Below, in pieces: positions 27,898 to 37,617 of a stretch of DNA of 57,935 nt (its first letter is position 1; each line of letters begins with the position of its first letter). Below the pieces are notes generated by a model that worked only from the letters and a program-made list of their open reading frames with translations, searched no databases and was not told where the DNA came from. The position numbers and the translations under genes are program-made. Origin of the DNA: a virus (taxonomy: Duplodnaviria > Caudoviricetes); IMG/VR virus record IMGVR_UViG_3300025575_000016, positions 1-57,935 of that record; one strand, written 5' to 3'.

Positions 27898-28095
27898 CTA
27901 TACGCTTTTTGGTTTGTTTCTAGTCCACTCAGACAATGATTTATCTAAGTTGTCATCTCTTAAAAATAGCCAAAATGTATCTAACGATTTAGGATCTTTT
28001 GCTACCGTTATATATTCAGACCCTCTTAACATTAAAAATTCTTTCTGAGGTACACTAAAACACCTATATCCTTTAAACTTCTTATACATATACAT
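27898..28095 (-). CDS. Small hypothetical phage protein
   Basis: ORF with AGGGAG RBS. Confidence 0.6.
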   Translation of the reverse strand: MYMYKKFKGYRCFSVPQKEFLMLRGSEYITVAKDPKSLDTFWLFLRDDNLDKSLSEWTRNKPKSV

Positions 28096-28135
28096 CTCTC
28101 CCTACTATTTTTTAGATTATTTAATAGATACTTTA

Positions 28136-28161
28136 TTAATTTAAAGCGCGCTTTAAATTAA
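28136..28161. repeat. Perfect 26-bp palindrome TTAATTTAAAGCG/CGCTTTAAATTAA
   Basis: Read directly; no loop. Confidence 0.85.
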
Positions 28162-28316
28162 AGGAACTTAATCTCCTTTAGCTCCTTATTTTTAGGCAAA
28201 TAAAAAAGACGTAATATCTACGCCTTACAGTTAAAACCTTTATTAATTTACGATGAACCTGTAAATTAAAGTGAATCATATTAAACTATTCATTTATATT
28301 TAAAAAGCGAATCTAG

Positions 28317-28517
28317 TTAAAAGAACAATTTATCTAAGTATTTATTCTTCATAAAATTTACCACTACACTCAAAACTCCAACAATAATACTTATCAATAT
28401 TAAATGAGTAAATAAGTAAGTTATTAAAGCAATAACTAACATATCCGTTAAATAACCAAATATATAAATCCATGCTAATGATTCTAAAACACCAAACATT
28501 TTAAATTCCTCCTTCAC
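28317..28517 (-). CDS. Small two-TM membrane protein
   Basis: Hydrophobic ORF. Confidence 0.55.
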   Translation of the reverse strand: MKEEFKMFGVLESLAWIYIFGYLTDMLVIALITYLFTHLILISIIVGVLSVVVNFMKNKYLDKLFF

Positions 28518-28779
28518 AATATTATCTCAATTAGATGTTTATACAAAAATACTATTTAGCAATAAACACAACCCAATAATAAAAAATGGAGGTATGAGTA
28601 TTGAAAATAGAAAACGTCTTAATTCATTTCTTTTCATATTTATAACCTTTCCTTCCTATTAATCTACGCAATAAAAGCACCTACCAATTAGGTAGATGCT
28701 AATTTAAATCTTATAAAATATAACTTTTAAAATATTGTTTTGAATTTTAGTTACGTCGCTTTATTTTTCTAAGACGTTA

Positions 28780-31056
28780 CTAAAGTGTATTCATCCAATT
28801 TGCTATTTGTGGAGATATTAAAGCAAATCCTGAATCATTAGGGTGTAAATTATCTAGTGTATAAGCACTCCAATTGTATTCATTTATTCCACCGTTACTA
28901 CATAAATCTAATACTGGAATACCATAATAATCACATACTACTTTTACTACATTGTTATAATCCTTTTGATAAGCCCCAACACTATTTGCATTTGGATATG
29001 TAGGATAAGCCCCACCACCTGTAAACGTGCCTATTCTAGTTGTTAATATAAATCCAAGTCTAATCGTTGGTTTAAGCGTTAATATAGTGTCTATTAGTCT
29101 TTTTACATCCCCATAAAAAGATTGAACCGTTTTAGCATCTGCCATTGTTCCTATAATTCTACTGCCACCAAAATCATTTGCAGGACATTCAACCGTTAAA
29201 ATATCAATATTTGCTAAGTTTAAAGTGGTCATATTTTGAGCCATGTCTCTTGTTGCTCTACCATCAACACCATCATTTACAACTGTAGATATACCACATA
29301 AGCCTTGTACTATAGGTTGATATTTTTTAAAATTAGTTACACTATCTCCACTAGCATACCAATTTTTATTAAACCACCTTGCATAACCTTTGGTATTTAT
29401 TAATGCATCTTTCATTGTACTTTGCAAATAAATAGGTAATGTTCCTAAAAATATTCCTGTGTTAATTGCGCTCCAATTGACTTGCAAAGTAACAGTTACA
29501 GTACCACTATTCACCTTTGATAACACTATTGTGTCCATTCCAGTTGGTTCCGTGTAATTTAGTGCATAAAAACTAGCTATCACTATACCCGTTGTAAAAT
29601 CTTTAAAATCTATTTGATGGAAATGATTTGCTCCACTAACACTATATCTGTATAACGCACAAACTCCATATAAATGTGTGGAATCTGAATTTATTAACTG
29701 AAAATCTTTTAAAAATGGAAAACTTAATGCAGTATTTTTTGCAATAATATCATTTTCAATAGTGTTTTTAGTGTTTAAAAGATTATTGGCAACTATTGCA
29801 CTTAAATTTGCTATGGCTAAAGAATCTGATTTAATATTCTTATGAAGTTTAGAGGTTATATAAGTAAAAGCCCAACTACAAGAAGATGGAAACTTAGAAA
29901 AATCTATAGTAATATTTGCAGTTACACCACTCCCCGAGACTGAATTTGCTAATAAGGTTACCAACCCTGTGCCCTCGGGATTAATTGTTGTATAAAAGGA
30001 AGAAACTACAGTATTTGTATTGTTATCGTGTATATTTATTTGCCAAAAAGGTGTTCCTGAATAATTTCTAACAAATGCATCTATATAATAATCATGTGTT
30101 GGATTACCACCAAATAATTTTAAATCTATTATTCCATCACGCATAGCTGGAGGTGATAAAATATCACTACTTACAGATAATAAAGTACTTCTACCATCAA
30201 AAGGGAATAAATCATTTTTGATGGTAGAATCTGTCATTGCCATTGTTATTGAACCATTTGCGATTCCAGTGCTTTGATATAGCCATCCTTTTGTCCATGC
30301 TGTGCCATTCCAATAATATAAATATCCATCTGCTAAATTCAAATAATTTTTAGCTTTTCCGAGTGTGGTATTTGCAGTAATATCCGCTTGCAATAATGCT
30401 AATGTAGCAAAAGGTGTTGGACTACCACTCGCTAGACTTGCTATTTGTGCGTCTCTACTTGCTAAAGCGGTGTTCATATCAACCGTTTTTGCTTTCTCTG
30501 TAATATAAGTTTGTTGCGGAATATTAGCCAAACTCGACACGATTGCTGTATCGTCATACACTTTTTGTTCAACATTATTAACCTTGATATTACCATTTGT
30601 CGTGCTTGAAGTTACCGCTGAAGCACCTGATACACTTTTAACCAAACCTTCTATATTCTCAAATCTATCATCTATACTTGAAAATATTTTAGAGTAAACT
30701 CCAGAATTTCTTGCATTTACTATTTCAGAGATTCCATCGGCTACAACTATCGTACCCACAGATTTATCACTAACCACTGTCCAAATTGCACTAGTATACT
30801 TGAAAGCACCTAGATTATTTACAAATATTAAAGTTCCTTCAACTAAAAAAGTGGGGTTTGTAACAAAATAAGTATCTCTTTCTGTGTTAGTTTCAAAATA
30901 ATTTAAGACTACTTCTTGTGCGTACCATTGTCTTATAAATTTACTGATTCCTTCTGAATTATTAGCATAATATTCTACTAGTGATGCAATTGTATCTGTA
31001 TTTGCAACCTCTCCGATATTTCCTTTGACGTAAACTTTATCTCCCAGATTTACCAT
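28780..31056 (-). CDS. Tail-associated protein with C-terminal SGNH/GDSL esterase
   Basis: GDSVT, GVDG, ANDF and DNLHPN catalytic blocks; fibre-like N-terminus. Confidence 0.8.
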   Translation of the reverse strand: MVNLGDKVYVKGNIGEVANTDTIASLVEYYANNSEGISKFIRQWYAQEVVLNYFETNTERDTYFVTNPTFLVEGTLIFVNNLGAFKYTSAIWTVVSDKSVGTIVVADGISEIVNARNSGVYSKIFSSIDDRFENIEGLVKSVSGASAVTSSTTNGNIKVNNVEQKVYDDTAIVSSLANIPQQTYITEKAKTVDMNTALASRDAQIASLASGSPTPFATLALLQADITANTTLGKAKNYLNLADGYLYYWNGTAWTKGWLYQSTGIANGSITMAMTDSTIKNDLFPFDGRSTLLSVSSDILSPPAMRDGIIDLKLFGGNPTHDYYIDAFVRNYSGTPFWQINIHDNNTNTVVSSFYTTINPEGTGLVTLLANSVSGSGVTANITIDFSKFPSSCSWAFTYITSKLHKNIKSDSLAIANLSAIVANNLLNTKNTIENDIIAKNTALSFPFLKDFQLINSDSTHLYGVCALYRYSVSGANHFHQIDFKDFTTGIVIASFYALNYTEPTGMDTIVLSKVNSGTVTVTLQVNWSAINTGIFLGTLPIYLQSTMKDALINTKGYARWFNKNWYASGDSVTNFKKYQPIVQGLCGISTVVNDGVDGRATRDMAQNMTTLNLANIDILTVECPANDFGGSRIIGTMADAKTVQSFYGDVKRLIDTILTLKPTIRLGFILTTRIGTFTGGGAYPTYPNANSVGAYQKDYNNVVKVVCDYYGIPVLDLCSNGGINEYNWSAYTLDNLHPNDSGFALISPQIANWMNTL

Positions 31057-31140
31057 AATTGTTCCTCCTAAATATTATTATTTAATTGTCTATAAAATAA
31101 AGAGACAAGTAGTTAACTTATCTCTTTTAAAACAGATATT

Positions 31141-31923
31141 TTATTTTGTAGCTAGTAATGCTGCAATCTTTGCTAAAACTTCTGCGTTTGTATCTTGAAC
31201 AACTTCCTCAACTTTAGTTTCTGCTGTTTTAACTTCAGTAGCAATTGTATCTTGTGGAATTATCCCTAATACAACTTTTGATTCAGGAATTTTTTCTTCT
31301 ACCTCATCAATAAGAGGAGTAGCTAATTTTTCTGCTTCTTTAACTATCTTCGGAGCAATAATATTCTCTGCTACTTTCTCTGCATCTGGAATTATATTTC
31401 CAACAGAATTACCAGTAGTGACAGCTTTAATTACACTACCTGCTACGTCTGTAATTGCCTGTTTTTCGTCTGTTTCAAGGGTTTCAGTTGTAGAAGTAAT
31501 AGTTGCATTACCTGTTGGTGTATCTGCCTCTACGGTTGCGTCAGCCTTGTCTGAAGGTACGTCTACTGCTTCGGTTAATAGTGGTATAATTATTTTATCT
31601 TTAAGTTGATTGCACACTACTTTGTTGATTCCATCTAATTCAGTTTTAGGAATAAAGGGGAATAATTTTAATAATTCTACTTCCATTTTATCTTTCTTAT
31701 CTGCTCCAGCTTTTTCTACTCCTTCAAATTCTTCTTCAAGTAATAAATAGAATCCTTTTGCAACTTCTAGAGCATGATTATATGTTGCAGCACCTTTTGT
31801 TGTAATTACTGCTTTTTTCTTTGCATCTAAATACATAGAAAGTTTAGCGAGGGCATAAGTTCCTACTAAACCTAAAGCTGATAATGCTACCTGAGTTAAT
31901 CCTTGTACTAATTGAGTATTCAT
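31141..31923 (-). CDS. LL-H-type holin-like protein with long acidic extension
   Basis: N-terminal TM segment and AGADKKDK motif; adjacent to the endolysin. Confidence 0.55.
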   Translation of the reverse strand: MNTQLVQGLTQVALSALGLVGTYALAKLSMYLDAKKKAVITTKGAATYNHALEVAKGFYLLLEEEFEGVEKAGADKKDKMEVELLKLFPFIPKTELDGINKVVCNQLKDKIIIPLLTEAVDVPSDKADATVEADTPTGNATITSTTETLETDEKQAITDVAGSVIKAVTTGNSVGNIIPDAEKVAENIIAPKIVKEAEKLATPLIDEVEEKIPESKVVLGIIPQDTIATEVKTAETKVEEVVQDTNAEVLAKIAALLATK

Positions 31924-31969
31924 TTTTACATTCCTCCTATAATATTATTATTGAATTGTTAATAAGTTA

Positions 31970-32857
31970 TTATTTTTGAGTTTTAAAACTTTCTACGCCT
32001 AGTTTCTTTAAAAGGGCTATTTGGTTATCTGCTCCACTCTCATTATCAAACGATCCTGCTATAACTCTGAAAAGTACTTTTGTATTGACTACTGGAGCAG
32101 GTTTCACAACTGGTTTTACTACCGCTAATGTATATAAGTTTTTACCTTTTGAATTATATACATAATAGCCTGGGTGCAAATTTGCGATGTCTTTAGCTTT
32201 ATAATAATCACTTTCACAACCTATTTGACTTTTTTCATTATCCCAACTTAATCTAACTCTGTACATTTCTGTTGAAACTGGAGTTATTGTAGTGCTTGTA
32301 CCTATTTTTTTATCTAGTATTCCTTCAGCAATTGCTTTACCGATAGCGTCAAATCCAAGTTTTTTATATAGAGCTACATCTTCAGTGGCTTCTACAAAGC
32401 AAATTTCGCATAAAATTGCTGGCATATTTGAAGCTTTTATATCGTGTAAGTGTTCAGAATTTACTCCATCCTTAAGCCCTCTGTCTTTAAATCCTAAACC
32501 TATAAGTTTACTCATTATTCTTTTACCAATTGCTACAGATGTAGAGTTATTTGGATTTAACCAAACTTCACTACCAATCTTTCCATTGTAAGAGTTGTAA
32601 CATTTGTTAAAATGTATTGGCAGAAATAAATCAGCATGATTGTTATTAGCTGTGTTAGTTCCAAAATTTAAGTCAGCATTCTCTGAACAGTTTCCTGGAG
32701 TACCATCTATTACTGTACATCCTCCTAGTCTTAAATATTTAATTACTGAACTTTTTACTTTACGATCTTCTGTTGTCTCATCAATAATTCCACTTGCGCC
32801 AGGACATGCAAAATTATGTCCTCCCCTGACTACTACTTTTTTAATCATTTTATACAT
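31970..32857 (-). CDS. Endolysin: N-acetylmuramoyl-L-alanine amidase (Amidase_3) with SPOR-like domain
   Basis: GGHN, E, IHFN, GSEV, PAILCEICFV; C-terminal FRVIAGSF. Confidence 0.9.
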   Translation of the reverse strand: MYKMIKKVVVRGGHNFACPGASGIIDETTEDRKVKSSVIKYLRLGGCTVIDGTPGNCSENADLNFGTNTANNNHADLFLPIHFNKCYNSYNGKIGSEVWLNPNNSTSVAIGKRIMSKLIGLGFKDRGLKDGVNSEHLHDIKASNMPAILCEICFVEATEDVALYKKLGFDAIGKAIAEGILDKKIGTSTTITPVSTEMYRVRLSWDNEKSQIGCESDYYKAKDIANLHPGYYVYNSKGKNLYTLAVVKPVVKPAPVVNTKVLFRVIAGSFDNESGADNQIALLKKLGVESFKTQK

Positions 32858-32890
32858 TCCTCCTTGATATTATCCTTTAATTGTTATAAA

Positions 32891-33355
32891 TTATAAAAAC
32901 TTCTGAACTAAAACTTGAATAACACCTAGTAAAGCTATGATAAATAATAATTTACCTTTAGTAATCTCTATCTTACCAGTTTTTGTAATATTCTGACCTT
33001 CTATTAATTTAGTAAGCATAGTATTTTGAAAGTCAAATTGACCTTTATTAAGTTCTGATTGTTTATCAAATTTCTTTTCTGTGCTAATTTCATTTTTTTC
33101 AAATTGCCGGTCAATTTTTAAGAACTCTTTTTCATTCTTTTCCCTCTGCTTAGCGTCTAATTCCAAGGTTAAGGCTTTTTGTTCTGCTTGATTTTGTTTC
33201 AATATAGCTGAATCAACTTTAGCCTGTATATTATATGCCTCAATTGACTTAATTCTAACTTCATGATTTTCAAATTTACTCTCTTGATTAGTTAGGATAT
33301 CTTTTAGGGTGCACATTTTTATATCACACATCTCTTTATCAATTCCTTCTGACAT
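32891..33355 (-). CDS. Coiled-coil plus C-terminal TM protein (XhlA/holin-like)
   Basis: HEVRIKSIE coiled coil, terminal TM, upstream of the endolysin. Confidence 0.55.
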   Translation of the reverse strand: MSEGIDKEMCDIKMCTLKDILTNQESKFENHEVRIKSIEAYNIQAKVDSAILKQNQAEQKALTLELDAKQREKNEKEFLKIDRQFEKNEISTEKKFDKQSELNKGQFDFQNTMLTKLIEGQNITKTGKIEITKGKLLFIIALLGVIQVLVQKFL

Positions 33356-33502
33356 GATTTTATAATCCTCCTTATAGTCGATTATTTGTTTTTATAAAAT
33401 AGATTGATTTAAAGTACAAGGAAGTTTATAATTTAGAGTAAGCTCCCATTGTGGAGTAGTAGAAGGTTGTGGTTCCAACTCCGACCTTCTACTTTTTATT
33501 GC

Positions 33503-34462
33503 TTATAATTTGAATTTATCCTTCTCGGCTTGAATCTTCTTTTTATCTTGTCGGAGATAATGGTTCTTCGTAACATCTAGTCCAGAGTGATTTAGGAGTT
33601 CTGATATCTTCTCAATACTCATTCCTTTAATTGACAATAATTGGGAACCGCTATGTCTAAAATCGTGTGGATGTAATGTTGGAACGCTTATCATTTCTCC
33701 TACTTTCTTAGTCCATTCTCCTAAAGTTGAATTAGTCGTCTTATCCCATTTCTCGTTGTTAAATGTACAAAACACATATTTGCATTCTACGTTATTTTTT
33801 ATATTTTCTTGTTGCAATTTCAAAAGCAAATCTCTAACTTCTTCAGAAAAATACAGAGTTACAATTTTACCTTCTTTTTCTAATACATCATTTATAACTC
33901 TCTCTTTAAAATCAATCTGATCCCATTGAGTATTACAAATAGCATTTACTCTACCCATTGTAGAAATAGATAACATAGCATATACTTGTAACAACAGATT
34001 TCCACATTCAGATAATTTTACTTTCATAAGTTCATATTGTTCCTCAGTTATAAATGTTTGGATAACTACAGGTAAACCCTTCTTAGGTCTGTCCATAAAT
34101 TCCATAGGGTTTTCTTTGATTATCTTCTTCTTTCTCATAAATTTATAAAATGCACTAATTGATGCCATTCTTCGTTTAATTCGTTCAGTATGATTTCCCA
34201 TTTCTTTTGTATAGAATATAAACTCCTCTATATCTTCTTCGGTTAACTCAGTTACAACAGGATTAAATTGATTTTTAACCAAATACTTAAACCAAGCAAT
34301 AATATCACACGTATAGGAATATATACTTTTCTCACTTAGTTCTCTCATTTGCATATCTCTGTCATATCTTTGTAATAAAACAGTATTCTCAGGATTAATT
34401 TTATCCTCAAGTTCTTTTCCTCCAATTATGACTCGTTTACTTCTTTTTAACTCATTAGCCAT
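33503..34462 (-). CDS. Tyrosine recombinase (XerC/D-like)
   Basis: STMGR, EKEGK, HPHDFRHS, LLNHSGLDVTKNHY; AGGAGG RBS before ATG 34462. Confidence 0.9.
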   Translation of the reverse strand: MANELKRSKRVIIGGKELEDKINPENTVLLQRYDRDMQMRELSEKSIYSYTCDIIAWFKYLVKNQFNPVVTELTEEDIEEFIFYTKEMGNHTERIKRRMASISAFYKFMRKKKIIKENPMEFMDRPKKGLPVVIQTFITEEQYELMKVKLSECGNLLLQVYAMLSISTMGRVNAICNTQWDQIDFKERVINDVLEKEGKIVTLYFSEEVRDLLLKLQQENIKNNVECKYVFCTFNNEKWDKTTNSTLGEWTKKVGEMISVPTLHPHDFRHSGSQLLSIKGMSIEKISELLNHSGLDVTKNHYLRQDKKKIQAEKDKFKL

Positions 34463-34599
34463 ATAATCAATCCTCCTTATTTTTGGACATAATAAAAGCA
34501 CCTACCAGTTTGATAGATGCTACTTTAGAATATAGATTTTAATGTATTATTCAGTTACTCAAATATTGTAAGTTAGTCGCCATATTATCCCTAAGCGAC

Positions 34600-34737
34600 T
34601 TAATTTATAATTAAATCTTGTCTACCTTTTGAAGTTAAATATTTATCTATTTCAATTTTCAAAGTAGGTTTTTTAGCAATTACATTGGTATAAGCTAAAG
34701 CTTCATCTATTATTCTTTGTGCTAAATAATCAGCCAA
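34600..34737 (-). CDS. Small tail-fibre-associated protein (45 aa)
   Basis: TTG start after GGAGG; ADYLAQRIID...IDKYLTSKGRQDLI; read manually. Confidence 0.55.
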   Translation of the reverse strand: MADYLAQRIIDEALAYTNVIAKKPTLKIEIDKYLTSKGRQDLIIN

Positions 34738-34738
34738 A

Positions 34739-34954
34739 TTAAACACCTCCTATAATTACATCATCTAACGCTTTTTTAATTAAATCTTGGTCTGCTTGCA
34801 GTTCACTAATTCGTACAGTATCACTTTTATTGTCCCCAAATATTAAAAAATTTCCTGAGATTAAATGTTGTTCCTCAACTAAGACTTTATCATTATTTGC
34901 AGTAATCTTAGCTTGTTTATCATTTTCATCCGTAAATTCAACTATATATTTCAT
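34739..34954 (-). CDS. Tail fibre chaperone-like small protein
   Basis: Located after the fibre gene; RBS present. Confidence 0.55.
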   Translation of the reverse strand: MKYIVEFTDENDKQAKITANNDKVLVEEQHLISGNFLIFGDNKSDTVRISELQADQDLIKKALDDVIIGGV

Positions 34955-34976
34955 TTAATATACACCTCCTATTATC

Positions 34977-37502
34977 TTATACAAAACTAATTGTTGGGTC
35001 TGCCTCTGTGTATTTTGATATATCGTAGCATACTTCAAATAAACTACTTTTAGATGTTGTTGTGAAAGAGTGCCATATACGTAATTCTAAATAATCTCCT
35101 GGTTTTATAGGTATATCTAGTGTTACAGTTATTAATGAACCTTGAGTTACTGAACTACCATAAGGGGAACCATTTTTATAAATTTGTCCATATGCATAAA
35201 TAGGACTTCCACTATCATATGCTTGATTAAACTTTACTCTAACTGTTCCGAATATTTTCGCTGTAAATTTTTTCCCATAGTTTGTAGGGATGGCTGATGA
35301 ATCTACATAAGTAGTAGTATCTGAACATTTAATATTTTCAGATGGAGTATAAGTAGAAAGTGCTATTCTAGCATCTGATAAAATTTGTGTTGCCACACAC
35401 ACTTGTATATCTAAAATACTTCCATAACCGGGCGTACTATAAGCATATAATTCAAAGCAATCTCCAGCAACACAACTAAAATCTTGTGAAAATTGTCTTT
35501 GGGTTATCCCTGTTATTTGAAGTGTTCCCACTGCCACTCCATTTTTATAAATTTGTCCATATATATGATAACTTGAATCAGGAGTTTTCATTGTGAATTT
35601 TATTCTAATACTACCGCTGTATCCTGCAATATATGTTCCTCCATATTTTACAGGCGTTGATGAATTGGTTGCAGGTTGATATTGATTAGTATCTTCCAAT
35701 ACAGTAGTATCTCCTGCCGTGACAGATAATGCTTTTACCTTTCCATCTGTTAAAGCACCCCCATAATAACCTTTAGGAAACTCTTGGTCTACTGTAGAAG
35801 GTGTAATTACTGTATTACTGCCAACCTTATTCGGCATAGTTCCAGTTAAGCCAGTATCTTCGTCGCTACTAAAGGTTTGTCCTGCTAGTACATTTGCAAC
35901 GACTGCTGTTCCCTCTGCACTAGCTTTTATAAAAAAACAATTGTTTGCTAAGTTATACCACACTGTATAAGCCTTGCCTACTGTAGTGCTAGGTGATGTT
36001 GTTGTTCCTGGCTTATAAAAAGGCTTTCCATTTATTGTCTTGATAGTAGTACTATCTGTAAAATTGGCTACAAAAGTTATAGGCAACCCATTTACTAGTG
36101 TTTCAGCAATTGTTATTAATATTGCAGTAGCTGTTCCTGTTGCAAGTTGATACAGATTATCAGCCGAATCCGACGTAACTAATTGTTGTAAAGCTGTTAA
36201 ATCGCTTTTATTTGCTTTCTCAACTACCACACCAGTTCCATTTAAAACGCCAATTTTATTAGAGTTTTCATTAATCGCATTTACGGTAGAACTCTTATCC
36301 GTAGTTGTCAAAGTAGATAAAGCACCAATCTTGTCGCTGGTATTTTTTATGGTTTCTGTAGTTCTCCCTGCTCCAGTAATTTCAGTTAATATATTTTCAA
36401 CATTTTTCGTAGTACTTGAAAACAAATTAGAAATATCTGCTACTATTATATTACTTGCATTATAAGTAGAAACTTGTGACCATGTTGAACCTGTCCAATA
36501 TTTCATTAGATTTTGTGAAGTAGAAATATCCACCCAAACAAGATTTGTATATGGAGAAGTTGGAGAGGTTGATTGAATGACTATTCCTGAATTTGATAAG
36601 AATAGATTCCAATAGGTTGTATTTGTAGGGATTACACTTGTATTTCCAACAAGACAAAAATAGATACTGTTATTGTAATTAACCGCATTTCCCATTACAT
36701 AAGTTGTTGTATTTATATAATTACCCATATAACTTAATCCTAAGCCATTTAAACCACTTAATCCTGTACTTCCTATTTTATTAAGTACCATAACAAAGTA
36801 TTCTATAAACGTCTGTCCATCATAAGTTACTGTCAACATAATTGTATTATTACCAGATGAAGCATTAAAATTTGTTGCTATTGTAGGAGTAAATGTTACA
36901 GAGTTACTTGAACCACTTAACATTGAATTGCTTGATGGAGTTGTCCATGAATATGATGTTGGAGTTACTGATATTCCATTTTTAATTAAGGTACATGATA
37001 AAGGAGTCATTGTTGGAAATGGATTTGCTCCTGTAGCATCATAGATAACCGAACCTACTGTTCCTATTATATTTAAGGAGTATGTTGAGCCATTTGTTGA
37101 ATTTTGTAACCAATTGACTCCATCGTTGACTGGCTGAATTCCTGTTTGTTGCTTAAGGCTTATATATGTTAATCCATTAAAGGAAACTGAGTTTGCAACA
37201 TTGTAAGGTATTGTAGAATTATAGACTCCTTTATAAGCAAAATAGCCTGTCCAAGTTGAGAGAATTAAAGTTTCAAGATTTGTTATGCAATCATCTATAA
37301 GATTTATATCTGATCCTTTAATTTGAACATGAATACTTTGGAAATGTGTTGCTAAACTGTTTAATTGCGTTTGCTGATCAGAGGTTAATGTTGGTAAAGT
37401 TATTAAAGTTTTGAAATCGGTCATATTTTGGTATTCTGACGCTGGTAAATCCTGAATATAGCTGAAAACATCTATATTGTTGGGAAACGAACTTAAAGAC
37501 AT
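34977..37502 (-). CDS. Tail fibre / receptor-binding protein
   Basis: Y.G.Y....Y.....V.YNG repeats, GTA....VLAGQTFS..TGTM motif, duplicated C-terminal beta domain (YGQIYKNG twice). Confidence 0.75.
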   Translation of the reverse strand: MSLSSFPNNIDVFSYIQDLPASEYQNMTDFKTLITLPTLTSDQQTQLNSLATHFQSIHVQIKGSDINLIDDCITNLETLILSTWTGYFAYKGVYNSTIPYNVANSVSFNGLTYISLKQQTGIQPVNDGVNWLQNSTNGSTYSLNIIGTVGSVIYDATGANPFPTMTPLSCTLIKNGISVTPTSYSWTTPSSNSMLSGSSNSVTFTPTIATNFNASSGNNTIMLTVTYDGQTFIEYFVMVLNKIGSTGLSGLNGLGLSYMGNYINTTTYVMGNAVNYNNSIYFCLVGNTSVIPTNTTYWNLFLSNSGIVIQSTSPTSPYTNLVWVDISTSQNLMKYWTGSTWSQVSTYNASNIIVADISNLFSSTTKNVENILTEITGAGRTTETIKNTSDKIGALSTLTTTDKSSTVNAINENSNKIGVLNGTGVVVEKANKSDLTALQQLVTSDSADNLYQLATGTATAILITIAETLVNGLPITFVANFTDSTTIKTINGKPFYKPGTTTSPSTTVGKAYTVWYNLANNCFFIKASAEGTAVVANVLAGQTFSSDEDTGLTGTMPNKVGSNTVITPSTVDQEFPKGYYGGALTDGKVKALSVTAGDTTVLEDTNQYQPATNSSTPVKYGGTYIAGYSGSIRIKFTMKTPDSSYHIYGQIYKNGVAVGTLQITGITQRQFSQDFSCVAGDCFELYAYSTPGYGSILDIQVCVATQILSDARIALSTYTPSENIKCSDTTTYVDSSAIPTNYGKKFTAKIFGTVRVKFNQAYDSGSPIYAYGQIYKNGSPYGSSVTQGSLITVTLDIPIKPGDYLELRIWHSFTTTSKSSLFEVCYDISKYTEADPTISFV

Positions 37503-37617
37503 AGAATCATTCCTTTCTATTTTTTATTTAAATTAAAAAGAAGCTACTATTTGAGTAACTTCTTGAGTTTTTATAATATTATTGTTTAATTGTTGTAATA
37601 AAAGTTGTTCGAGATTG

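Noticed and set aside
34977-35700. Duplicated ATTTTTATAAATTTGTCCATAT in the fibre gene as a DGR template/variable repeat or shufflon site
   Set aside because: Explained by an internal domain duplication (YGQIYKNG twice); no reverse transcriptase or adenine-specific variation seen.
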